This document shows positions 20,534 to 29,694 of a stretch of 64,000 nt of DNA, piece after piece; position 1 is the stretch's first letter, and each line of letters starts with the position of its first letter. The notes beneath the pieces are model-generated. The model saw only the letters and a program-made list of their open reading frames with translations. It had not been told where the DNA came from and did not search any database. Source of the stretch: a bacterium (GTDB lineage Bacteria; Electryoneota; Electryoneia; Electryoneales; Electryoneaceae). Location of the stretch: the NCBI GenBank assembly GCA_963669175.1, contig OY769902.1:4256001-4320000 (forward strand), in the 5' to 3' direction. The position numbers were made by a program, and so were the translations under genes.

Positions 20534-22294
20534 ATGATTCGTTGGGGTGAACCACTTTGGCTGCTTGCGCTGGCACTTCCTGCCGCGCTTCTCGTTCTTG
20601 ACCTGATCGTGAATCGTTTCGCGACACGCGCCAGGGAGCGTTTCGCCTCCCTTCCCCTCTGGACAAGGCTCGCCCCTACTCGCAGCCCGAAACTGCGTCG
20701 GGCCAAGAGTATCCTTTTTATCCTCGCATTGGTTTTTCTGGTAATCGGTTTGGCTAATCCCCGTGTCGGCACTCGCTACGAAGATGTGACCCGTGAGGGC
20801 ATCGACATCTTCCTGCTGGTCGATGTCAGTAAATCGATGGACACCCAGGACATCCGTCCAAGCCGGATCGACAAGACACGCTATGAACTGCTGCAATTCC
20901 TGAAAGACCTGAAAGGGGATCGTGTAGGGCTGATTCCGTTTTCCGGCACGGCGTACACCGTCTGCCCCCTGACCCTGGATTATGCAGCAGTATCCATGTT
21001 CATCGACCTGCTTTCGACTGAGTTAATCCCGAATCCCGGCACCAACCTGGCCTCAGCGATCCACACGGCCATGAAATCGTTTACCTCTTCCGAGGAAGAA
21101 AGCGAACGCAGCAAGGCGATCCTGATCATATCGGATGGCGAGGATCATGAGGGCGGGGCTGTGGATGCGGCCAAAGAAGCGTATAAAAGCGGCATCCGGG
21201 TCTTCACCATCGGAATGGCGCTGGGAAAAGGTGATCCGATTCCGCTATTTGATGCGAGCGGCAATCCTTCCGGGTGGAAGACGGACGAAGAGGGCCATGT
21301 CGTAACCAGTCGCTTAAATGAAGATATATTGCGTGATGTTGTCAGCGCCGGTGGAGGCGATTACCGTCGTGCCGGTCAGGGTGGCGAAGCCTTCAAAGCG
21401 ATCTACAGGAAAATCTTCAACCTGGAACGCAGTGAATTGAGCCAGAAACGGATTTCCGGGTATGAAGACCGTTTCCAATGGTTCCTGATGGCCGCCTTGC
21501 TTTTATTCCTGGCAGAGTTTATCCTGCCGCTTGGCGCAATCAAGATGAAAGGACTTCCCATGCTTAAAGTTCTTTTGCCTGCATTGCTGCTGATTGGGCT
21601 CAGTTCGACCAATGTGTACGCCCAGAAAGCCCATAAACTGGTAAAAGAAGGCAATAATAATGTGGTCGATGGCGAAGTAGAAGAAGCTTTGACCAATTAC
21701 CTTGAGGCACGCACCACACGAGACAGCCTGCGTCCTGAACTGCTGTACGACCTGGGCGGCGCTTACGCTCGTATGGGTGATATCCAGCGTGCGGATTCGG
21801 TTCTGGCCAATCTGCCACCGGACACTGATCCCGGCATATTGTCACGCGCTCATTATAACCGTGGCACTGCATTCGCCGGCGCCCAGCAATACGATAAGGC
21901 GGTTGACGCGTTTATCAATGCCCTGCAATATGACCCGCAGGATATGGACAGCAAGGTCAACCTGGAAATGGCGTTGCGTATGATGCAGCAACAACAGCAG
22001 CAACAGGACCAGCAACAGCAGAACGACCAGAACCAAGATGAGCAGGACCAGCAGGATCAGCAGAACCAGGATCAGCAGGATCAACAACAGCAAGACCAAC
22101 AGCAGCAACAACAGGATCAACAGAATCAGGATCAGGAGCAACAGCAGCAACAACAACAGAACCCGGAAGAAATGCCTCCGGAAATGGCTCAACGATTCCT
22201 GGATAAATTACAACAAGACGAAAAAGAGCTATTGCAGGAACTGGTTCGTCAACAAGTACCGGTTGAAAAACAGAAAACCAAGAAAGACTGGTGA
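20534..22294 (+). CDS. batB: BatB-BatC fusion (VWA domain + TPR + Q-rich tail)
   Basis: MIDAS DVSKSM, ISDGEDHE, ALANPR-type N-terminus; BatC-like YNRG TPR, Q/D/N tract and terminal KKDW. Confidence 0.85.
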   Translation: MIRWGEPLWLLALALPAALLVLDLIVNRFATRARERFASLPLWTRLAPTRSPKLRRAKSILFILALVFLVIGLANPRVGTRYEDVTREGIDIFLLVDVSKSMDTQDIRPSRIDKTRYELLQFLKDLKGDRVGLIPFSGTAYTVCPLTLDYAAVSMFIDLLSTELIPNPGTNLASAIHTAMKSFTSSEEESERSKAILIISDGEDHEGGAVDAAKEAYKSGIRVFTIGMALGKGDPIPLFDASGNPSGWKTDEEGHVVTSRLNEDILRDVVSAGGGDYRRAGQGGEAFKAIYRKIFNLERSELSQKRISGYEDRFQWFLMAALLLFLAEFILPLGAIKMKGLPMLKVLLPALLLIGLSSTNVYAQKAHKLVKEGNNNVVDGEVEEALTNYLEARTTRDSLRPELLYDLGGAYARMGDIQRADSVLANLPPDTDPGILSRAHYNRGTAFAGAQQYDKAVDAFINALQYDPQDMDSKVNLEMALRMMQQQQQQQDQQQQNDQNQDEQDQQDQQNQDQQDQQQQDQQQQQQDQQNQDQEQQQQQQQNPEEMPPEMAQRFLDKLQQDEKELLQELVRQQVPVEKQKTKKDW

Positions 22295-22360
22295 TACATT
22301 AATTAAAAATTAAGAATTAAGAATTAAAAATGAAGGGGAGTGAATTGGGAGCCAAAATAT

Positions 22361-22444
22361 AATTAGGAATTAGGAATTAGGAATTAGGAATTAGGAATTA
22401 GGAATTAGGAATTAGGAATTAGGAATTAGGAATTAGGAATTAGG
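22361..22444 (+). repeat. Perfect heptamer array (AATTAGG)x12
   Basis: Counted directly; preceded by (AATTAAG) units. Confidence 0.95.
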
Positions 22445-22503
22445 ACAAAATATTTACCTATATTTAACATGTCAAGTTGTATATTATTAGTTTTAAATTT
22501 TGA

Positions 22504-22575
22504 ACAACTTTACAACTTTACAACTTTACAACTTTACAACTTTACAACTTTACAACTTTGGAACTTTGGAACTTT
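22504..22575 (+). repeat. Octamer array (ACAACTTT)x7 + (GGAACTTT)x2
   Basis: Counted directly; ends 14 bp before the batD ATG. Confidence 0.95.
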
Positions 22576-22589
22576 CAAACTAAAAGAAA

Positions 22590-24455
22590 ATGCCTGTAAG
22601 AAAAACGACATACACCATCATCATCCTGATGATACTGGCAACTGTAGCCATGGCGGACGACAGTTTTGTAGTCACAGCCAATGTGTCTTCTTCAGTTGTT
22701 CAGGCGGGTGCGCCCTTTACTTACCAGGTGACCGTATCTGGTGATGGCAGTGTGCCTAATCCAACCGTAGATATTCCCAATGAACTCCGTATTCTCTCAG
22801 GCCCCAGTTCATCACGGTCCATCTCTATTGTCAACTTCAAGCGTACCACAACATTGACACTGAGCTGGCAACTTGTAGGAACCAGGGCGGGCACGGTGAC
22901 CTTCCCGCGTCCCAAGGTGGAATCAGGCGGAAAATCCGTAACCGGCCCGAAAGTGTCCGTGAAGATTACATCCGGGGGGAATGCCCCAGCGCCAAGTCAG
23001 CAACCGTCCGGCTCACGATCCAGCAGCAATCCGACACCAGCCACGTCCGGAAATTCGACGCCATCCATCTTCATCGATGTCGATGTCTCCAATAAAAATC
23101 CCTATGTACAGGAACCGGTTACCGTGACCTACACCCTGTACTTCAAGGAAGATGTCCGTCGTTTCGAAATGAATTCATACCCGACGACAGATGGTTTCTG
23201 GACCGAACGTCTTGAAACACCCGGCAAACCGGAGACATTCCGAAAAAACATAAACGGTGAATTATATACAGGCGCTGTCATCTACCAGTTTCTTGCTTTC
23301 CCAACCCGTGCGGGCGAGCTGAAAATCGGTCCTATGGAAGTCAGCCTGGATGTGATGGAGCAGCGACGGCGACGTTCGCGGAGCATGTTCGAAGGTTTCT
23401 TCGATTTTGGAGATCCTTTTGGCGACCTGGTAAAAAAACCGGTTTCCGCGCCGACACAGACGCTGAAGGTCGAGGATCTTCCGAGTGCAAACAAACCTGT
23501 CGATTTTAACGGTGTGGTTGGCGATTTCGACATCGCCGCAAAGTTGGATCGTGATACGGTTATGACCAACGAGTCAGTGACCCTGAAAGTAACTGTTCGC
23601 GGGAAAGGCAATGTCGGATTTGTCCCCGAACCGACGCTGGTTATCCCACCTGATATTGAAGCCTATGAGCCGAAAGTAACCGAGCAGTCTCAACCATCCG
23701 CCGGCACCATGTCCGGTACCAAAACCTTTACCTACCTGCTTATTCCACGACGCGCGGGGGAGCAGAAAATCGATCCGGTCCGGCTCAGCTATTTTGATCC
23801 GAACCGTAAGATGTATGTATCCAAGAAGACGAGTACGCTGAATTTGTACGTTGAACCGGCCAGCGGCTGGGCGGCGCAGGATGTGGATTTACCCCACGGC
23901 GCCCCCGAAGAAGTCCGTAGCCTGGGTACGGATATTCGTTGGATTCTGGATGCAAGCCGTGGACTGCGACGAACGGGTACGCCATTATATCAGCAGGCCG
24001 TTTACCCGCTGTCTTATATCGCGCCCTTGGGACTGGTTCTGCTGTCGCTCTGGTTTCGTAAACACCAGGTGAAACTCGCTGGGGATGTTGCCGGACGACG
24101 CGCCCGTAAAGCGGCCAAACGTGCCATGCTGGCGTTGAAAGAAGCCCGAGATCTACACAGTAGCGGTAACACCTCTGAAGGTTACGACGCGCTGGCAAGA
24201 GGCATCGTCCATTACCTGGCCGATCGTGTTCACGCAAACGTGGGCGAACTTGACCGGGCAAAAGTCGAATCCATCCTGATCGAGCGTGATGTCACTGAAG
24301 GAAATCGACTCGAGATGTTGCAACTTCTGGATCGTTGCAACCAGGCCCGTTTCACTCCTGACGGTCTGGACAGTGCCGTCCTGGGTGAGTTGATTGACCA
24401 GGCGAAATCGTGGATCATGAAAGTTGACCGTCGCTTTGATATGCGGAAAAAATGA
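22590..24455 (+). CDS. batD: BatD family protein
   Basis: Signal peptide, SGPSSSRSISIVN, F.G.VGDF, G.GN, YFDP motifs, C-terminal TM; bat context. Confidence 0.88.
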   Translation: MPVRKTTYTIIILMILATVAMADDSFVVTANVSSSVVQAGAPFTYQVTVSGDGSVPNPTVDIPNELRILSGPSSSRSISIVNFKRTTTLTLSWQLVGTRAGTVTFPRPKVESGGKSVTGPKVSVKITSGGNAPAPSQQPSGSRSSSNPTPATSGNSTPSIFIDVDVSNKNPYVQEPVTVTYTLYFKEDVRRFEMNSYPTTDGFWTERLETPGKPETFRKNINGELYTGAVIYQFLAFPTRAGELKIGPMEVSLDVMEQRRRRSRSMFEGFFDFGDPFGDLVKKPVSAPTQTLKVEDLPSANKPVDFNGVVGDFDIAAKLDRDTVMTNESVTLKVTVRGKGNVGFVPEPTLVIPPDIEAYEPKVTEQSQPSAGTMSGTKTFTYLLIPRRAGEQKIDPVRLSYFDPNRKMYVSKKTSTLNLYVEPASGWAAQDVDLPHGAPEEVRSLGTDIRWILDASRGLRRTGTPLYQQAVYPLSYIAPLGLVLLSLWFRKHQVKLAGDVAGRRARKAAKRAMLALKEARDLHSSGNTSEGYDALARGIVHYLADRVHANVGELDRAKVESILIERDVTEGNRLEMLQLLDRCNQARFTPDGLDSAVLGELIDQAKSWIMKVDRRFDMRKK

Positions 24456-24579
24456 TCAGTAGCAAGAGACAATCGAATTACTGTACATATGACAAGAGTT
24501 TTCGCAAATATTGCGTTGACGGCTTTGATCACTATCTTGAGGTGCGAAAAATCATATAGTTCGTAAGATGAAGACTTGA

Positions 24580-24720
24580 AGAGAGGGTGTGAATAAGCTG
24601 TGGATAACTTTTCCAGCATATGAAAAGATGTTCATTATTAGCATCTTAGATCATTTTTTTCAACAAGATAGATTTTAGCAATTTCTTAACATATTGATTC
24701 TTCGATGTGAATAACTTCAA
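24580..24720. promoter_or_regulatory. DnaA-box cluster with AT-rich segment (candidate oriC)
   Basis: TGTGAATAA 24588-24596, TGTGGATAA 24599-24607 (perfect box), TGTGAATAA 24706-24714, TTTTCAACA 24657-24665 followed by AGATAGAT. Confidence 0.6.
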
Positions 24721-24763
24721 TGCCGTTCGTGACACAATTTTTGTAAACTACGGAGAACCAAGC

Positions 24764-25534
24764 GTGTCGAGCAGGATGCATTTCACAGTAGTGCTTGTCC
24801 TTCTTCTCCTGGCGGCAGTTGCCCTGGGAGCCGGGTCCGGTGTGTCTGACCTGGCGGCCGAAGGCGACCGTTTGTACAAAGACGGTGAGTATGCAGGCGC
24901 TGTGGATGCCTATAAACGTGTACTGGAAAGTGGTTGGGTAAGCGGACAAGTGCTTTTCAACATGGGCAACGCGTATTACAAACTGGGGCAGATCGGTCCG
25001 GCTATCCTCAACTATGAACGTGCTCAGAAACTGATGCCGCAGAATTCCGATATCCGGTACAATCTTAAAATGGCGCAGGCGCGGACAGTAGACCGGATTG
25101 AAGCGCCGCCCCGTCTCCCGATATGGAACCTCCTTGATTCTCTGCGCGACCTCTTCAGTCCCGCCCTGGTTGCCTGGACAACGTGGATTCTTGCAGTTAT
25201 AACGGCGCTGCTGTTTGGCCTGTCATTAATCGTGAAACACCTGCTGGCTCGTTCGGCGTTACGGATTATCATGTGGGTATTCCTGGGCGTCTTTATAATC
25301 TCCGGAAGTCTTCTGGGATTGCGAATCGCTGAGGCGAACGGTCCGGCCAAAGCCGTGATCATGACAGAAAAGGTGATTGTTCGTAGCGCCCCCGATCCTG
25401 CAGCCAAGGAAGTTTTTCATCTTCATGAGGGCACCACGGTCACCATCGTGAAAGTCCTTGACACCTACCGTGAAGTACGTTTGATCGATGGTCGGCAGGG
25501 CTGGTTACCGGTTAACGTACTTGAAAAGGTTTAA
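24764..25534 (+). CDS. batE: BatE family TPR/SH3b protein
   Basis: FNMGNAYYKLGQIGPAILNYERA, two TMs, SH3b-like LHEGT..GWL; GTG start behind GGAG. Confidence 0.88.
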   Translation: MSSRMHFTVVLVLLLLAAVALGAGSGVSDLAAEGDRLYKDGEYAGAVDAYKRVLESGWVSGQVLFNMGNAYYKLGQIGPAILNYERAQKLMPQNSDIRYNLKMAQARTVDRIEAPPRLPIWNLLDSLRDLFSPALVAWTTWILAVITALLFGLSLIVKHLLARSALRIIMWVFLGVFIISGSLLGLRIAEANGPAKAVIMTEKVIVRSAPDPAAKEVFHLHEGTTVTIVKVLDTYREVRLIDGRQGWLPVNVLEKV

Positions 25535-25561
25535 TCCTCTACTGATTCAAAATCCTTTCAT

Positions 25562-25589
25562 TAATGCTTTACCTTCAAACTGCCGATAA
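25562..25589 (+). promoter_or_regulatory. Putative sigma28 (FliA) promoter
   Basis: TAAT-N16-GCCGATAA (perfect -10). Confidence 0.6.
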
Positions 25590-25688
25590 GAGTAGTACAG
25601 GGTAATCAACAGGTTGACTGTTTCAATTTTTGAAATTTGATCACCAGGTGTTGCAAACTTAAAGCATACTGTTTACTTTGAAATAGAG

Positions 25689-25910
25689 ATGTCAACTGAA
25701 GAGGGAGCTATGGAAGAGTACGGCTCCAGCAAAGCGATCCAACCCGTGGTAAGGCGTGACGAGAGTTTTAAAGACACGCCCAAGCATGAATACTCCCCAA
25801 AAAAGAAACACGACGAAGAGGAAGAAAAAGAGGAAAAGCGTGATGAGGAAGAACCGCGCAAAGGCCCACCACCTCTTGATCGTGAAATAAAACTGGACAT
25901 CTTCGTGTAA
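25689..25910 (+). CDS. Small charged hypothetical protein ending in KLDIFV
   Basis: ORF with SD (GGGAG before the second ATG at 25710), downstream of a sigma28-like promoter. Confidence 0.55.
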   Translation: MSTEEGAMEEYGSSKAIQPVVRRDESFKDTPKHEYSPKKKHDEEEEKEEKRDEEEPRKGPPPLDREIKLDIFV

Positions 25911-25930
25911 GGTATCTCAGAATCACCGAT

Positions 25931-26086
25931 ACTCTCATCCCAGCGAAGGCTGGGATCCAGGCAAGTATCAACAAAATAAAAAGTTGGATACTTGAACGGT
26001 TCTCAATTTGCCGCATTTTAAGAGAATACTTAACCTCTTGTAATATCGCAATATGACTGGATCCCAGCCTTCGCTGGGATGAGAGT
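25931..26086. repeat. REP-like inverted pair (30-bp arms, each a GAA-loop hairpin)
   Basis: ACTCTCATCCCAGCGAAGGCTGGGATCCAG ... CTGGATCCCAGCCTTCGCTGGGATGAGAGT; degenerate copy at ~26142-26199. Confidence 0.85.
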
Positions 26087-26272
26087 GTCTTTTTATCTGA
26101 TACACCCTGGAAGGCTGCGATAAGAGTGGTTTCTATTCTGATACTGTCTCGAAGGCAGTGATGAGACTGAATAAACCCGCCTTCGCTGGCGATGACAGTA
26201 TGCAACATCTCTTTCGACGCTCAGTATATGCATCACTCTTGCAGGATTTCCTTCTCCTCCCGATATTCAGGC

Positions 26273-27865
26273 ATGACCGCAACCTCATCGAACGAACCTG
26301 CCGGTTTACCCGAAAAGGTTCTGGGACTCTTTCGGCGGCTTCGTGCAGGCGCCCCGGAACCCCAGGAACAGGAACTCCCTTCTGTATCATGGGTTCGCTG
26401 GTTTGATACGCCTCAAACGAAACGTGGCCGATTACACCTTTCCCGTTCCGGACTCGAGACCTTCATTTCCATGGTCGTCGGCGCTCATGACGATGACGAG
26501 GGCGACTTGGTCCTGGTGGTTGATCCGCTTCTCCCAGCCCCGGAGCGCAGTATGCCCGATGAAGTGGTATCCCTGGACGCCAAACTGTTGCACATGGATG
26601 AAGGCATTGAGATCAGTACGACGTTTCGTGCGCTTCTGGGTAAGGAGACCGAACAGGACGGGTACGAGGCGGTTGAGCTGGTTGAAATCAGCGATCTGGA
26701 TGTCGATTACCGTGAATACATGGCGCGAGTTACCGAAGCGCATGGTGTCGAGCTGAACCTGATGTGGCAGGGCGGCATGGTCACCGTCTACCCTTCCCAG
26801 CTTTCGGCGGGACGATTCCTGTTTGATGCTGAGTTGGATGGCGATATCGGCCCGGATGGGATTGAAATCCCCAAGGCTTCTGTCTGTTTGGAGTCCGGTG
26901 GCGATGATTACGCGCTTTCACTTCGGTTATACCGTCGTCCCTCCCCAGAATACGAAGCGGAAATTACCCGTATTGACGCCCCTATCAAGGAGAAACTGGT
27001 ACGCTTGGTCGAGGAGGTCTGGCGCGCAGAATCCGGTCTGGGACGTCTGGCATCATCACCGCGTAAACAGGTTGGTTATCGTACCAAACAGCATGATGCC
27101 CTGGCAGATGCGTTCAAGCATCATATAGTCTACCTCGGTGAAGATCCGGGCTGGGGAGACTTCCTGAAGAACTATGGCATCGTGCGTGAAATAGCGACAC
27201 TCTCGCCAAGTGACCTGGTGGACATCGTGCTTGGGGGAAGATGCGATCTGTTTGTCGGTGATCTTGCTTTTTGTGGAGATGAATCCATCCCGATAGAACA
27301 CACCTTGCAGGCGTATGCTCGAACCAGGCGCATTCCCCGGTTCTGGATTCAACCAGCTGACAACGATACCGAGTACCCGGACATGCGTCTGGAAGGCGCT
27401 TTCGACCAGTTTGATTCCGAGCAATTGAAGCAGGCTGGATTAACAACCCTGTTCAAGTGGGCGCTGGGAGGAGACAGTATTGGTTCCGGGAATAAAGTCC
27501 TGTTGGTCAGCGGAGATGATCGTATCCGGTATCGTTTGGGATTGGCTATCAGCGAAGCCGGCGGTAGAATCGTCTGGCGTGATGGGTGGCGAGGTCTGCT
27601 CCCCCAGTTGAAACACCTTGCGCCCAGGGTCATTCTTCTCGACGAACGTACAGTAAAATATGATCTTGACTCCATTCTGGAGCCCATTCTGGAAGTAGCG
27701 CCTTTGTTGAACTATAAAATTGTGTTACTGATTGAGAAGGCTTCTGGCGCATCTATCTTGCGATGGAAGAAGATGGGAGTCTATGATATTGTATTGCTGG
27801 ACCCATCCCTGCGCGATACGGAAAAACGCGTAACTCTATGGCTGGACTTGGAGGAAAAACCATGA
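26273..27865 (+). CDS. Hypothetical protein with degenerate receiver-like C-terminal domains
   Basis: Long ORF with genome-like codon usage overlapping thyX start (ATGA); C-terminal beta/alpha pattern (VLLVSGDD, PRVILLD). Confidence 0.6.
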   Translation: MTATSSNEPAGLPEKVLGLFRRLRAGAPEPQEQELPSVSWVRWFDTPQTKRGRLHLSRSGLETFISMVVGAHDDDEGDLVLVVDPLLPAPERSMPDEVVSLDAKLLHMDEGIEISTTFRALLGKETEQDGYEAVELVEISDLDVDYREYMARVTEAHGVELNLMWQGGMVTVYPSQLSAGRFLFDAELDGDIGPDGIEIPKASVCLESGGDDYALSLRLYRRPSPEYEAEITRIDAPIKEKLVRLVEEVWRAESGLGRLASSPRKQVGYRTKQHDALADAFKHHIVYLGEDPGWGDFLKNYGIVREIATLSPSDLVDIVLGGRCDLFVGDLAFCGDESIPIEHTLQAYARTRRIPRFWIQPADNDTEYPDMRLEGAFDQFDSEQLKQAGLTTLFKWALGGDSIGSGNKVLLVSGDDRIRYRLGLAISEAGGRIVWRDGWRGLLPQLKHLAPRVILLDERTVKYDLDSILEPILEVAPLLNYKIVLLIEKASGASILRWKKMGVYDIVLLDPSLRDTEKRVTLWLDLEEKP

Positions 27866-29409
27866 GCGACCTGCCTCTGCGCATCCACCTGGCAGGATTC
27901 AATATCGATACAGATACCATTCGTGAGTTGGAAGATGCAGCGTTTGGCGAGGCTACCCCTCCCCCACGCGAAGCCATTACTCCCGAAACAATCTCGGCCG
28001 CCTACGCACGCATCAGTCGCAATCCCGCGCCTGTAGATGAATTGCGCGCTATTTCGCGCAAAGAGGTTGCGAAGGCACGAAAATCAAACGAGAGTATCAT
28101 CTTCGGCCTGGGACATGCCAGTGTCGCGGAACATGCCTGTTTCAACTTCGATGTGATCGGGCTGTCACGTTTGGCCGTGGAAGCCATTCAACATCACAGG
28201 CTGGCGTCGTTTACGGAAAAATCACAGCGCTATATCAAACTCAAGAAAGATTACGTCGTTCCCCCGGAAATTGCTGAAATCGGAATGCAGCATGAGTTTG
28301 AAGAACTGATCGTTGAGCAGAATGCCATGTACCATCGCTTGTATCCGTTGTTGCTTGATTATTTCCTGCAACAGGAATCTGCCAGCGGCGGAAAACTGGA
28401 AGCCGGACCGGCGAAGAGCCTCGCGGCGGAAGATGCCCGCTATGTGGTATCACTTGCCACTCAATCCCAGTTCGGTATGACTGTAAATGCACGAACGCTC
28501 GAGATCATGGTACGCGCCTGCCTGGCTCATCCCCTGGTGGAAGTACGTGAAATCGGGGAACGATTACGGATTTCTGTGGCGGAGTTGGCGCCTTCGCTGG
28601 TGAAATACACCGATGCGACCAGCCATGAGAAGACCGTACACAAGGATAAGGCGTGGTGGTGTGAATTAGATCCCGGTCATGGTGAAGCCGTACAACTCGT
28701 GGACTGGGATCAGAACGGTGAGGTGAAAGTCCTGGCTGCGTTGCTGGTTCGTTCACAGGGCGTCGGTTTTGATGATGCTGTCCGTCAGGTCAAAGAAAGC
28801 ATGGAAAACGAGCAGCGCCTGGAACTGGTGACTCGTGCCCTTCGTGGCGAACAGGCATGGGACCCGCTTCCCCGCGAGTTCGAACTGGCCTCGTTTACCT
28901 TTGAAGTGACGCTTTCTTCCACCGCTTTTGCCCAGTTTAAACGTCACCGTATGGCCACAATTCTGGCTGGTCCATACAACCCCACTCTTGGCTGGACCAT
29001 CCCTCATTCTATCAAGGCTATCGGGATGGAAGATGAGTTTCATGATATCATGGCACGTTCGTCTGCCCTGGCCTGTCGTGTGTCGGAACAGCAACCTGCG
29101 GCGGCGGCATCGTATGCTTTAACCAATGCCCATCGTCGTCGTGTGCTTTTCCAGGCCAACGCTCGTGAACTGGTCCATGTCTCACGCCTGCGTGAAGATG
29201 TTCATGCCCAGTGGGATATCCGTCAGATCGCGGCTGCCATCATCAGGCAGGCCCGGCAGGTCGCGCCTACCCTGATGCTGCTGGCTGCGGGCAAACATGA
29301 GTTTGATACGGTCAGAAGCCGAGTCTTTCCGTTTAATCCTGATCCTCTGTTCAATTTACAGGATGCAAAGGATAAAAAGGATATTAAGGATGAAGTGAAA
29401 AAAGTTTGA
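27862..29409 (+). CDS. thyX: FAD-dependent thymidylate synthase with two tandem Thy1 domains
   Basis: GHASVAEH, HHRLASFTEKSQRY, EDARY..NAR; second domain QFKRHR..NARE..RLREDVHAQWDIR. Confidence 0.9.
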   Translation: MSDLPLRIHLAGFNIDTDTIRELEDAAFGEATPPPREAITPETISAAYARISRNPAPVDELRAISRKEVAKARKSNESIIFGLGHASVAEHACFNFDVIGLSRLAVEAIQHHRLASFTEKSQRYIKLKKDYVVPPEIAEIGMQHEFEELIVEQNAMYHRLYPLLLDYFLQQESASGGKLEAGPAKSLAAEDARYVVSLATQSQFGMTVNARTLEIMVRACLAHPLVEVREIGERLRISVAELAPSLVKYTDATSHEKTVHKDKAWWCELDPGHGEAVQLVDWDQNGEVKVLAALLVRSQGVGFDDAVRQVKESMENEQRLELVTRALRGEQAWDPLPREFELASFTFEVTLSSTAFAQFKRHRMATILAGPYNPTLGWTIPHSIKAIGMEDEFHDIMARSSALACRVSEQQPAAAASYALTNAHRRRVLFQANARELVHVSRLREDVHAQWDIRQIAAAIIRQARQVAPTLMLLAAGKHEFDTVRSRVFPFNPDPLFNLQDAKDKKDIKDEVKKV

Positions 29410-29489
29410 AAGTTGTAAAGTTGTAAAGTTATTTCGATTCCTAATCTCAATTCCTAATTCTTATAGCTGTTCTGCTATGTAAACAGTCA

Positions 29490-29694
29490 AGGGTGTAAAG
29501 AGCCTTTGTATCGTCCCATGTGCCGTTCTGCTATTCGTGCTCGTGGCACAAGTTTTTTGTTCGCACGGAACAGCGGCGCCCTAAACTCGAATCGTTGTCA
29601 AGCAACAGAATAACTACCAGGGTCGCGTGTTCCCAATGGCATCGGACGATTCAATCACAATCTATGCTTTACCTACCTGCCAGCAGTGCTGGGG
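29490..29694 (-). ncRNA. Putative bridge/seek RNA region of the IS1111 element
   Basis: ~220-nt non-coding end downstream of the transposase carrying short segments matching target (TCGAG, GCTGTTC) and donor (ATAGCAG). Confidence 0.65.

Noticed and set aside
21842-22192. Poly-Leu ORF
   Set aside because: Antisense of the Gln-rich BatC tract
22361-22575. CRISPR array interpretation of the tandem arrays (also 40181-40353)
   Set aside because: Units are 7-8 bp with no unique spacers and no cas genes
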